A stretch of DNA of 63,275 nucleotides, counting the filler, from Craspedostauros australis (lineage: Eukaryota): the NCBI GenBank assembly GCA_030167865.1. It is 14 parts of 14 records of this genome, joined end to end, with 100 filler letters (N's around TTAATTAATTAA, not from the genome) between each part and the next. Parts side by side here need not be neighbours in the genome. Positions count along the whole stretch, not along the records: positions 19,064 to 30,791 come from JALAGF010004696.1; positions 30,892 to 33,200 come from JALAGF010004697.1; positions 33,301 to 35,917 come from JALAGF010004698.1; 11 more parts are not named here. One strand, given 5' to 3'. Shown here piece after piece: positions 24,334 to 34,313 of this stretch (positions are counted from its first letter, which is position 1; each line of letters starts with the position of its first letter). The position numbers and the translations under genes were made by a program. Below the pieces are notes generated by a model. The model worked only from the letters and a program-made list of their open reading frames with translations. It was not told the origin of the DNA and made no database searches.

Positions 24334-27300
24334 TAGTTGGCACGGCAAGCCGGTCGAAGATCAGCCGGCAGAGCGAAAGGCAAACGCACCCAGGTCGACC
24401 AGGCACGGAAGAGGTGGTCGACCAGTTCACCCCAGTCGGCAGCGACGCACAGCATGTTGTACCAGATCATATCCGGGTAGCAGCCCTCAATCTTGGAGGT
24501 CTCCCCACGGACAACACAGACCCAAAGTACCTTGACCTTTGGGAAACCATCAGCAGGTACAGCGTTGATGTCATGCTTCTGACGGAGGTGGGCATAAACT
24601 GGAGTAGGGTTCCCAGGCATAAACAACTTCACGAATTGGTCCAAGCCAATGTGCCCCAGTCGCGCACAGTCACTTCTCACAACCAAGTCAACCCGATGCG
24701 GGTACGTCAGTGGGGAGGCACAGCAATCATCATCAAGGGAGATACCAGAGGGCGAGTCCTGGGCTGCGACAAGGACACTCACCGGTGGGGCAGATGGGTC
24801 AGTGTGCTCCTCCAAGGTAAGGGGCCTATCAAAATCAGACTGGTGGCAACGTATGTGGCCAGCAAGTCCACCAAAACCCCCGGGACCGTGTACAACCAGC
24901 AGGCGGCCAATGCTGCTGCAGCAGGCCTGGAGGGCGAGCCCATTGATCTCCACATCAGGGAGCTGCAACAACAGTTGCACCAGTGGCGGCAGGCTGGCGA
25001 GACGGTCATACTGGGCGGAGACGTGAACATGGACGTTCGGAAGTCCCGCATGAGCTCCATGATGGCAGAGGAAGGCCTGGAGGAAGTACTCTCTGCTCGG
25101 CACACCCAACCGGTGGCAACCCACATCCGAAATCGGAGCTCCACGCAGATCGATGGCATCTGGTCCAACCGGGAGGCGGTGGCCACTCAGGTGGGAGCTA
25201 CCCCATTTGGCCGCTGGGATCACCGCATGATCTGGGTCGACTATTCCTTTCAACAGCTGATGGGTCGAGGCCGCACGCCGACACAGCCGTTCAAAGGCCG
25301 GCGGCTCCAGCTCCAAAGCCCGGCCACTGTCAGCAGGTACCTGGAGTCCTACGCGAAAGCGGCCAGCCAAAGCAATCTGCTGGAGAGAGCCAATGCCCTG
25401 GAATCCGAAGTGACGGGAGCTCCACTGACAATCGCCCAGGTCCAAGTCATTGAAGCCATCGACCGCGATCGCACACGAGCGATGCTTACAGCTGAAAGGT
25501 CGTGCAGGAGAGTCCGGATGGGGAACGTGCCCTACTCTCCCCATGTGAGTCGCATACAGAAAGCTCACCAATTCTGGACTGAATCCATCCGACGCCGATC
25601 CGGACACAAGGTCAAAGGGTCTACGATTGACAGGATCAAAAAGAAAGCGGAATTGGGGCATGTGCGGACTCGAGGCATGAGCATAGCCGACATGACGGCG
25701 GAACGCAACAAAGTGTGGAAGCAGCTCCAAAAGGAAAAGAAAGCGGCGGCACAACACAGGTCGGACTTTCTTCGATCCAACCAGGACTTTGTCCAACGCG
25801 GCGGACAAGATCCAGAGAAGTACAGGAGACAGATGGCAGAGCGCGAAGAGACCCGTGCGACGTACAGGCGTATCAAGCACGCCCTGTCAGGCACGGCTCT
25901 CGACTCCCAAGTCAGCATGGTCGTTCACGACGGTCCTGGTGGTCGAGGCCAAATCCTCATGGAGGCTGAAGAAGTGGCAGGTGCGTGCTGCGCAACAAAC
26001 ATCGCGAAATACCAGCAGGCATGGTCATCGGAGCTGTGCCAGCCGCAGATGAGCCGGCAGGTGGGCAAGTACGGCACCTCCGCCGCCGCCGACGCGATTG
26101 TCCAAGGGCTGGTACCCACACAGATACAGCCGGGCACGGCCGAGTTGCTCCAGGCCCTCCGGCAACCGGTACATGCGACGCCGTGGGACACAGCCGAAAC
26201 CGTCATCTCTACAGAAGGTCATGTGGAGGGATGGCGGAAGGTCAAGGAACGCACCTCGTCGGGCCCGTCAGGTCTCCACTTTGGGTGCTGGAAGGCCAAC
26301 ACCAGGCTACCTCAGCTGGCGGCAATTGATTCAATCATGCGTTCAGTTCCCTACCGCACCGGGTACAGTCTGAGCCGGTGGCAGCAATGCACGGATGTCC
26401 AGCTGCGCAAGCAACCAGGCAACCTGTCGGTGACCAGGACGCGCACCATTGGCCTCATGGAAGGAGACTTCAACATGAACACGAAACAGCTTGGTCGTTC
26501 CGCGCGCAAGCATGCGGAGGCCAACGGGACCATCGCTGCGGATCAGTACGGCAGTTGGCAAAGGCACACTGCGCAGGAGGTGCTAACCAATGTGTGCATG
26601 ACAGACGACATCATGCGCATATCCGGCAGGGCAGCGGCGGTGTGCTCAAATGATGCCAAAGGGTGTTATGACAGGATCTCGCATCCGGCATTCGGCATGG
26701 CGATGCGGCGGCAAGGGGTTCCCAAGCAGCCAATTGACAGTGTGCTGCGCACCATACAGCGTATGCGCCACCGCATTAGTATGGGATCGGGGATCTCTGC
26801 GACCAGCTATTCAGGAGCGGGACTCTCGCAGCCGATCCAAGGGCTGGTGCAAGGATTGGGGGCGGCTCCGACGGGCTGGTTGATGATAAGCTCGGCGCTG
26901 ATTGAGCGCATGAGCGTCAAAGGGTTTGGATTCCGTTTCGGCGAGGCACAACACGGACAACATCACGTGGTCTGCTTCGCATATGTGGACGACACCAATC
27001 TTGTCCACACGCTCCACAGCCAGGACGCGGCTTCGCAAGCACGCGAGTTTCAACGCGCGGTCACTGCCTGGGAAAGCATGCTGGCAGCCTCAGGAGGGTG
27101 CCTAGCGCCCGAGAAGAGCTTCTGGCAACTTATGAGATTCAAGTGGGGCAACAGTCGGTGGCAGTACGACAACAACTTCCAGCAGGGCGAAGTACTCATG
27201 AAGGGTCCCGAGGGGTCCAACCAGCGGCTCCAGCATAAGGCAGTGGGCGTGGCCAGCAAATACCTCGGGATGATGTCGCGTAGGGACGGCGGTCAGAGAG

Positions 27301-29960
27301 AACAGGTGGAGTACCTACGGCAGAAAGCGGTGGTGTGGGCCGATCACATCCAGTCATCGCGGATCTCAAAGCAAGACACGGAGATCGCCCTAAAATCAGT
27401 ACTGTGGCCTGCACTCGCGTATTCCCTGGCGGCTACTACGTTCACCCGCAGTCAGTGCGAGAGCATCATGAGGCCTGCGCTCATGACAGCTCTCCCACAC
27501 ATGGGCATTGCGCGCACCATTGCGAGGCAATACGTCCACGGACCCAAACAGCTGAACGGTCTGAGCATCCCCCACTTGTACACGATGCAGTGCAAGGCCC
27601 ACCTCGATATGGTGTGGAGGCACTTTGACGCCGGCACCACCACCGGCAAGCTGATGAGGTCGTCTCTCATGCAGCTTCATCTCTGGTCTGGCGTACTGAC
27701 TCATATGCAGCGACGCCAGCACCAATGGAAGGCATGGACACACAGCACATGGTGGTCACATACCTTCGATATGATGCACCAGACCGGCTTGAGCATGCGC
27801 CGCATTTCTCCCGATCTGCAGCCGCCACGAACGGGTGACTCCCCCATCATGGAGCTGTTCATTGACGGTGCGGGCGAGGTGGCAGACTTGCGCAAGGCCA
27901 ATGCGGTCCGGATTCACCTGCAAGCCATGTGGCTGTCCGACATCTGCAACGCCGCAGGCGACAGCATCCACCCGAACGTCCTCAACCGCCGCCAAGCCTC
28001 GCGGGAGACCTGCGAACTTCCATGGCCGCGGGCTGTGGCTCCTTCGCGGGCTTCGTGGGAAGCATGGGACAACCTTGTCCTCTCCTTACTGGCTAAGGAC
28101 CGGCCGGGAGCCATGCTGGCCAAGCCTCTAGGTCCATGGAGAGTTTCGGACAAGTTCCCTGCGCGACAGAATTCGGCTGGCAGTCTCCAGATCCATCGCA
28201 GAGGCCGGCAGCCACAACCGGTCCGGCGCTCGGAATACAGGTGCCGTAAAATCCGGGGAGAAGCTGTTGCAGACGTGGTTGAGCATAGAGGCACAATGGT
28301 GGTCCTCTCTCTGGGCCCGGTGGTATCGCCGAAGCCGGCAACCACGCTCCAGGATCACATCGGCAGGCTGGGAGGTCTCGCTGGGCCCATGCTCCGGCAC
28401 GTCCGCAACTTTGGGCCCCCTGCCTTCATCGCGTCTGCCATCTCTGAGCACAGGTGTGTGGCCTGCAGCGACGCGTCTGCTAAGGACTGCAAGGGCGCGG
28501 CGGCGATGGTGATCCAAGACCGTCTCGACAAGCCGACCTCGGGAATCATCATAAGGTCGGAGGTGCCAGAGGGTTCACAGGCCATGACTTCCAATCGAGC
28601 GGAGACGGCTGGTGTTCTCCTCTGCATTCAGTTCCTGCGGGCATTCGCTCAGTGGTCGAATGTGACGGGATCAGTGATCATTGCATGCGACAACATGCAA
28701 GCGATCCGGGCCGGCCAGCTCAGCAGCCATATCTCTGCTGACGATGCCGACTACGACCTACGGCAGGAGATTCAGCGCCAGCTGCGGTTCCCGGGGGTCC
28801 AATTTAAAGTCCAACACGTCAAGGGCCACGCGGATGCCATGTCCAACCACCGGATGTCGGACTGGGAGGTGCTCAATGTGATTGCCGACCATGAGGCTGG
28901 CGAGCACTGGCGGTCCCTCCAACAGGATGGCCGATGGGGTACGGTGGCGGGATCGCCGCAGTCTGCCGGCTGGGTAGTGTCCAGCGCTACAGGCCCCTTG
29001 TCGGAGGCCAGCTACAAAGCGGTGTCGCAGGAAGCGGCTACGGCCAGCCTACGGCTCAAGTGGCGACAGCGATGGGGCACTGGTGACCACTACTGCGTGG
29101 ATTGGAGGCCCATGTCCAAGGCATCCGGCCGATGGTCTGGGGGGCAGCACAGAGCCATCCTCAAGCTGGCATCGGGTAACGCGGCTTCAGGTCGCAACAT
29201 GTGCAGGCGGCAGCAGTCCGACTCAGGAGCGTGCCCGCGATGCGGAGCGGCTGAGGACAATCAGCATGTCGTCCAATGCCAGAGTGATGCCAGCAAGGTG
29301 ATCTGGGAGGAATGCATCCAGCGCGTTCGTAACGTCATTCAGCCGCCGAAGGTTCGAAGGGAAGCTGCCCAGCTGCTGGTGAAAGCCCTCCGAGTTCTGC
29401 AACGGGGAGGCAACCCCCCGCAAGGCATCAGGCGAACGGCCACGCATGGCATTGAGGTTGCCCAGAGCGGAGTGGGGTGGGATGGTCTCATCTGGGGCGG
29501 CTGGTCCGACGAGTGGGAGAAATTCAGCCCGAATCCTGCGCCTGCAGCCGGTCGAAGAAGACCGGTTCATTGGCAAGCCGAAGTGACCCATGAACTTTGG
29601 CTTATGGTGCTACAGCAGTGGGCGAGCCGAAACCAGCAGAAGCACGACGCAGTCACTCATGACACTATGGCCCAGCGCATGGGGTTCTACTGTCGCGCCA
29701 TTCAGGAGCTGCCCATACAGTCCCTGCCAGTGCATCTCCGCCAGCTCTCCCACCAAGTACCCGCAACGGCATCCCGGCAAGCAGAGTGGCTGCTGACCTT
29801 GCTCCACGCCATGCCTCACATTGCCGCCACCGTCCCCCCTCCCCAGCTTGCGTGGATGCGGCGCCAAGCCTCCGCAGCCCCCGGCCGCGGCAGCCCCACC
29901 AACGCGGAAGCCCCGCCAGCCTTACGCCGCGACGACCGAGTCGGCGAGGCCGGGCCCTAA
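24330..29960 (+). CDS. LINE ORF2: AP endonuclease, reverse transcriptase, RNase H, CCHC knuckle (1876 aa)
   Basis: APE: AALNLGG, LLTE, LGGDVN, IDGIW, DHRMIWVD. RT: NDAKGCYDRI, GLVQG, YVDD, KYLG. RNase H: SDAS, RAE, CDN, HVKGH, NVIADHEA. Knuckle: CPRC.....NQHVVQC. Confidence 0.96.
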   Translation: MIVGTASRSKISRQSERQTHPGRPGTEEVVDQFTPVGSDAQHVVPDHIRVAALNLGGLPTDNTDPKYLDLWETISRYSVDVMLLTEVGINWSRVPRHKQLHELVQANVPQSRTVTSHNQVNPMRVRQWGGTAIIIKGDTRGRVLGCDKDTHRWGRWVSVLLQGKGPIKIRLVATYVASKSTKTPGTVYNQQAANAAAAGLEGEPIDLHIRELQQQLHQWRQAGETVILGGDVNMDVRKSRMSSMMAEEGLEEVLSARHTQPVATHIRNRSSTQIDGIWSNREAVATQVGATPFGRWDHRMIWVDYSFQQLMGRGRTPTQPFKGRRLQLQSPATVSRYLESYAKAASQSNLLERANALESEVTGAPLTIAQVQVIEAIDRDRTRAMLTAERSCRRVRMGNVPYSPHVSRIQKAHQFWTESIRRRSGHKVKGSTIDRIKKKAELGHVRTRGMSIADMTAERNKVWKQLQKEKKAAAQHRSDFLRSNQDFVQRGGQDPEKYRRQMAEREETRATYRRIKHALSGTALDSQVSMVVHDGPGGRGQILMEAEEVAGACCATNIAKYQQAWSSELCQPQMSRQVGKYGTSAAADAIVQGLVPTQIQPGTAELLQALRQPVHATPWDTAETVISTEGHVEGWRKVKERTSSGPSGLHFGCWKANTRLPQLAAIDSIMRSVPYRTGYSLSRWQQCTDVQLRKQPGNLSVTRTRTIGLMEGDFNMNTKQLGRSARKHAEANGTIAADQYGSWQRHTAQEVLTNVCMTDDIMRISGRAAAVCSNDAKGCYDRISHPAFGMAMRRQGVPKQPIDSVLRTIQRMRHRISMGSGISATSYSGAGLSQPIQGLVQGLGAAPTGWLMISSALIERMSVKGFGFRFGEAQHGQHHVVCFAYVDDTNLVHTLHSQDAASQAREFQRAVTAWESMLAASGGCLAPEKSFWQLMRFKWGNSRWQYDNNFQQGEVLMKGPEGSNQRLQHKAVGVASKYLGMMSRRDGGQREQVEYLRQKAVVWADHIQSSRISKQDTEIALKSVLWPALAYSLAATTFTRSQCESIMRPALMTALPHMGIARTIARQYVHGPKQLNGLSIPHLYTMQCKAHLDMVWRHFDAGTTTGKLMRSSLMQLHLWSGVLTHMQRRQHQWKAWTHSTWWSHTFDMMHQTGLSMRRISPDLQPPRTGDSPIMELFIDGAGEVADLRKANAVRIHLQAMWLSDICNAAGDSIHPNVLNRRQASRETCELPWPRAVAPSRASWEAWDNLVLSLLAKDRPGAMLAKPLGPWRVSDKFPARQNSAGSLQIHRRGRQPQPVRRSEYRCRKIRGEAVADVVEHRGTMVVLSLGPVVSPKPATTLQDHIGRLGGLAGPMLRHVRNFGPPAFIASAISEHRCVACSDASAKDCKGAAAMVIQDRLDKPTSGIIIRSEVPEGSQAMTSNRAETAGVLLCIQFLRAFAQWSNVTGSVIIACDNMQAIRAGQLSSHISADDADYDLRQEIQRQLRFPGVQFKVQHVKGHADAMSNHRMSDWEVLNVIADHEAGEHWRSLQQDGRWGTVAGSPQSAGWVVSSATGPLSEASYKAVSQEAATASLRLKWRQRWGTGDHYCVDWRPMSKASGRWSGGQHRAILKLASGNAASGRNMCRRQQSDSGACPRCGAAEDNQHVVQCQSDASKVIWEECIQRVRNVIQPPKVRREAAQLLVKALRVLQRGGNPPQGIRRTATHGIEVAQSGVGWDGLIWGGWSDEWEKFSPNPAPAAGRRRPVHWQAEVTHELWLMVLQQWASRNQQKHDAVTHDTMAQRMGFYCRAIQELPIQSLPVHLRQLSHQVPATASRQAEWLLTLLHAMPHIAATVPPPQLAWMRRQASAAPGRGSPTNAEAPPALRRDDRVGEAGP

Positions 29961-30149
29961 TGCACGCGCCGCCATCGCGTCCTGGTCATCCTTCGCCCTC
30001 CTACACAGACAGCCTCTGATACTACAAGACAATTCCGTTCCCGCTGCATGACTCATGCAGAATAAACGAGGCGGCACAAAAGCGCCCTCGGCGCATAGGT
30101 AAAACTATAATCATTGTGGTACAACAACATCCAACCAGATGTCGCCTTC

Positions 30150-30184
30150 AGTAGGTAGGTAGGTAGGCAGGCAGGCAGGCAGGC
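30150..30184 (+). repeat. Compound microsatellite (GTAG)n(GCAG)n
   Basis: Seen directly, just 3' of the right TSD. Confidence 0.9.
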
Positions 30185-30200
30185 TGGAGTGGAATGGAGT

Positions 30201-30424
30201 GCTCTCTAGACCATGTACCTTGTACTAGAGGGTATGTTCCGATATTCTCTAGCTTGCTTCTGTTGGTTGCGGCATCAGTCACGCCCGGGACTCGATGCTC
30301 TTTCAGCTCGAACGGATGTGTGTCAGGTCGGCTCTGATTTGTCCGTTCGAGTTCGAAACAATGGCGTTCACAGATGATCGCTTTTCACCGTGATGGTTAA
30401 TTGACGTTATGGTTTGTATTAACA
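30201..30424 (+). ncRNA. Candidate structured RNA (four consecutive hairpins), family not recognised
   Basis: Stems 30225-35/30242-52, 30272-80/30289-98, 30307-16/30342-51 (perfect 10 bp) and 30361-68/30403-10. G-U pairs favour the plus strand. Confidence 0.35.
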
Positions 30425-30710
30425 TATACTACCACATGAATGTTACATACAAATATGACCGACGCGACGCTGACGCCAGCCGTCACCGATTCCATTTTGC
30501 GGACTACGAGCTTGCTTCACTCATCTTTTCGAAAATCAAACAACAAACACAAACGAAAGCAAAGGAATGGCAAGTCAAGCAGACGCAGAAGCGACCAGGA
30601 AAATGTGAGAACAACCAGCATCACGTACTATTACAGAGATGTTGTTTCCCAGCAGTGGACTCGCCTGGTTTGGACGAGGACGCTGCTTGGCTCTGGTGAC
30701 AACTAGTAAC

Positions 30711-30791
30711 TGTTGGAAATCCGGGGTTATTGTTAGTACTGTAATCTAATCCGCTGTTAGAAACTGTACCGTTTTAGAACTGTGAGCACAA
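30711..30791 (-). mobile_element. 3' end of a Copia LTR (cut by contig end)
   Basis: TGTTGGAAATCCGGGGTTA...CTGTACCGTTTTAGAACTGTGAGCACAA, near-identical to 31632-31704. Confidence 0.85.
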
Positions 30792-30891
30792 NNNNNNNNN
30801 NNNNNNNNNNNNNNNNNNNNNNNNNNNNNNNNNNNTTAATTAATTAANNNNNNNNNNNNNNNNNNNNNNNNNNNNNNNNNNNNNNNNNNNN

Positions 30892-31236
30892 GCGTCGACT
30901 TGTTCAGATATATTGGTTGTCGCGCTCACTCGATTCACTCATGGGCTGGTGTGTTGCCATCCTCATAGATCTCTCGGTTCCCGACCGTTATCGGGACATG
31001 GCCGAGTAGGCCACTGGATGAGGGTGCTTGGATGTCGCATAAGACAGGTAAGGCCATTGGGCTGTCCGAGTGCAACTGGTCGATTGCTAGGTTGCGGTTT
31101 GTCTGGGAGATGCTATTGGGGGTTGCGGCAATCGTGGGTATCTTTGCACTTAATACCATTCCGGTTCCAGTCAGTCCTCATGGGAGCTGCGGTAGAATAG
31201 GGTATCTTTGCAAAGTCGTACCCCCGATTCCTGACA
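30892..31236 (-). mobile_element. 5' part of a second LTR of the same family
   Basis: Minus-strand start TGTCAGGAATCGGGGGTAC. Sequence nearly identical to 32065-32409. Confidence 0.85.
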
Positions 31237-31631
31237 AGAATGGATCCCATCATGTTCACCCATATTGGTCTGAGCACTCCTTGTGCGACTCCTGGGAACA
31301 GTTTCACTCCTGCTTCCATTACGGCATCAAAGATGAGTTGTTTCTGGATTATCAATGCTGTCGCCGTTCCGTATGGGATGGTATCATGACGATGAAGGTA
31401 GTTTGAGTTGTTGGGACTCTCAATCGGTGGGAATTCGATATTCACTGGGTAGACGACACGCTCATTTGGGTTGAAGCTGTCGTCTGGATGATCCTTGGTT
31501 TCGTTGCTGTCATCTTCATCGAAGATGCCCGATCTGTTGTTCCCCGCTGCTGGAGGAGGCGGCGCCGCGCCGCTGTTCGTTTCGTCTTGGCCTCTATCAA
31601 TCTCGTTGGTCTCATCGTCGCCCTCTTCACT

Positions 31632-32409
31632 TGTTGGAAATCTGGGGTTATAGTAGTAGACTAATCTGTTATCAGTCTGTACCGTTTTAGAACTGTGAGC
31701 ACAACATGCTCATCTCCTTTCGATTCCNNNNNNNNNNNNNNNNNNNNNNNNNNNNNNNNNNNNNNNNNNNNNNNNNNNNNNNNNNNNNNNNNNNNNNNNN
31801 NNNNNNNNNNNNNNNNNNGTGGTTCATCGCTTGCTTAGCTGAGGATTGGAGAGTACCTACATTCGTCAAGTTCATACTCGTAGACCTGTAGGTACCTCTC
31901 CTTCGGTCTCCTGTCACCTCACTGGTCCCACTTCATTTCAGTTCCTCCCTCCGGTCATCTCGATGGTTGCCTTTGGATGTTTGGAACTTATCGTCGTCTG
32001 GATCATGGTCTTGGGTGAATAGGGATCGCCTCTGTTTTGCTTTCTCATATTAGGTTCTCAGGGACGCGTCGACTTGTTCAGATATATTGGTTGTCGCGCT
32101 CATTCGATTCACTCAGGGCTGGTGTGTTGCCNNNNNNNNNNNNNNNNNNNNNNNNNNNNNNNNNNNNNNNNNNNNNNNNNNNNNNNNNNNNNNNNNNNNN
32201 NNNNNNNNNNNNNNNNNNNNNNNNNNNNNNNNNNNNNNNNNNNNNNNNNNNNNNNNNNNNNNNNNNNNNNNNNNNNNNNNNNNNNNNNNNNNNNNNNNNN
32301 NNNNNNNNNNNNNNNTTTGCACTTAATACCATTCCGGTTCCAGTCAGTCCTCATGGGAGCTGCGGTAGAATAGGGTATCTTTGCAAAGTTGTACCCCCGA
32401 TTCCTCACA
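31632..32409 (-). mobile_element. 3' LTR of a Ty1/Copia element
   Basis: TGTGAGGAATC...GATTTCCAACA, directly preceded by the purine tract AATGGAAGGG (32410-32419) downstream of RNase H. Confidence 0.88.
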
Positions 32410-32503
32410 CCCTTCCATTGTCGCACCACCATACTCACCCACACACAAATCGTCTCTCGTCACACTCCCTTGTCTCGCTCTCGCACTCATCTCTTCTGTC
32501 CCA

Positions 32504-33200
32504 TTAATCCATGGTCGATCTCAACTGAATGATGCTTCCTTTGTGTCTATCGTAGATCTCCTTCTTTGTGTTTTTGGTGAAGCCGTCTGCGATGTTGTCC
32601 TCTGAGCGCACAAATTGAATTCGTGCCTCTCCGTTGTCTATCAGCTCCCGAGTGAAATGATGTCGTATGTCGATGTGTCTCGTCCGCGCTGATGTCGATG
32701 GATTGGAGGCAATGAAGATAGCCCCCACATTGTCCACATACACATCCACTGGTTTGGTCATCGTCAAGCCGATATCCTCCATTAGGTGCGTAAGGAAGCG
32801 AATCTCCTTTCCTGCTTCTGATAGGGCGACGTATTCCGCTTCTGTTGAGCTGAGAGTTACACTTTGTTGTGCCTTCGATCTCCATACAATGGGCACCCCT
32901 TGCAATAGGACGAGATGTCCCCCGACACTGATCCGGTTATCCTTGTCTCCCGCAAACTCACTGTCTGCGTAGATCTCGATCTTCCATGCGTTGTTCTCCA
33001 GTGGGGTTGGTTTCATTCGTAGTCCGTAGTCCCTCGTGTCCGATACGAACTTCATTACTCGCAGCATCTCCTTGTATGCTGCAGCTGATGGTCCGTCCAA
33101 TACTTTGGTAAGCTCACGCACTGCATTCGCAATGTCTGGTCGCGAGTGCTTCACCAAGTATAGCAGCATACCTACTCCGCTTCGGTATCTGCTGTGTCGG
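32504..33200 (-). CDS. Ty1/Copia Pol C-terminus (end of RT plus RNase H)
   Basis: YRSGVGMLLYL..HSRPDIANAV, YADSEFAGD, VTLSSTEAEY, YVDN, TRHIDIRHHF, NIADGFTK. Confidence 0.96.
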
Positions 33201-33300
33201 NNNNNNNNNNNNNNNNNNNNNNNNNNNNNNNNNNNNNNNNNNNNTTAATTAATTAANNNNNNNNNNNNNNNNNNNNNNNNNNNNNNNNNNNNNNNNNNNN

Positions 33301-33770
33301 TGTGTGTTGCTCGTTGCTTTGGTTGTCAGCGAATGCTTTTTGTGAGGATGAGGAGTGAGTTGCGATGAGTAAACTTCATCCACGAAGAAGCGCGAGAAGA
33401 GTATCCTTATCGGCAGGGTGCTCTGTTGTTGTTTGTCCTTGTCACGACAAAACCCGCGGTGTGTGTAGATCATGGTGTTGGAAAGTTGGGCTTACGCGAG
33501 CGGAGAGGATGAAATGCACGCTGCACGTGTGGCGACTGCACCCGATTGGATGTTGGCGAACCTGCCCGAGCGATTTTTGTTTCAGGCGAGGGCATCGCGT
33601 ATCGCAAGCAGGCAGGGATGTTGTGGTGTGTGTTTTCGTCGAGGATGTGATCCTGCGCCTCTTTTGCCCCAATCGTTGATGCAACAGTTCCAGTGGCGAG
33701 GCTGGCCCTGCACTAACGCAAGTACTATCAGTACCAGTGGTGTCAATGCATGGTCAGCAGGACAGCAGGG
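33301..33770 (-). repeat. Dispersed repeat family B, copy 2
   Basis: Inverted homologue of 19290-19750 with a different middle segment. Confidence 0.85.
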
Positions 33771-34313
33771 GCCGAAGCCACGAAGGCTCGCGCTCATCGA
33801 TGCGACAACTGGCGAAGAAGTGGCTTCGCGCCCCACGAGTCAGAAGATGGCGAAAGGGAGCCAACGGAAATTGGAGTGCGCCATAAGACTGCATTATTGG
33901 TTGCCCGCAGAGTGTTGTGCGACACAAGGAACATCGAGAGGGGGCTGTTGCAAGAGTGGACAACTGGCACCCTCCTCTTATTTGTGGCGACGATCTCGAA
34001 AAGACCAGCAAGAAATCAATGCAAAAAGTGAGCACAGAGGTTCCAGTGACGAGGTACAAGGACACCCGGCAAGTCCATCGAAACGTGTGACATTTGACTC
34101 ATTTGACCAGAGAGATGAATCGAGACTGCTTAATCGAATTAGTCTTGCCTCAACAATCTGTGTCGTTGCATTCGCTAAAAATGACCTGTAAATGTCGTGT
34201 CGTTAAGTATCATAGTTAACGAGATCGTCTATTGGTGTTCAATGACCGCCGTTGTGACTGTTGTTGTTTAAGTCACGAATTGATCTGATGCACAACTGAA
34301 AGTGCATTTTTAA

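Larger units (their letters stand above)
21642..30129 (+). mobile_element. Full-length non-LTR retrotransposon, Ambal-like (APE + RT + RNase H)
   Basis: Flanked by the exact 16-bp duplication TCCAACCAGATGTCGC (21626-21641 and 30130-30145). Two-ORF structure, AATAAA at 30061 and an (ACA)3 tail. Confidence 0.93.

Noticed and set aside
24228..25880. 550-aa antisense ORF in the LINE, and similar long antisense ORFs at 51500-53125, 55009-56544, 59326-61809 and 43399-44823
   Set aside because: Shadows of GC-rich or repetitive sense ORFs, with no recognisable motifs.
30297..30370. tRNA gene suggested by GTTCGA and an A-box-like motif
   Set aside because: No T-stem or acceptor stem can be formed. 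Kept only as part of the unexplained structured region.
30711..31236. One solo LTR spanning the linker between contigs 5 and 6
   Set aside because: Flanking 5-mers differ (GTAAC vs AGAAT) and the join is artificial.
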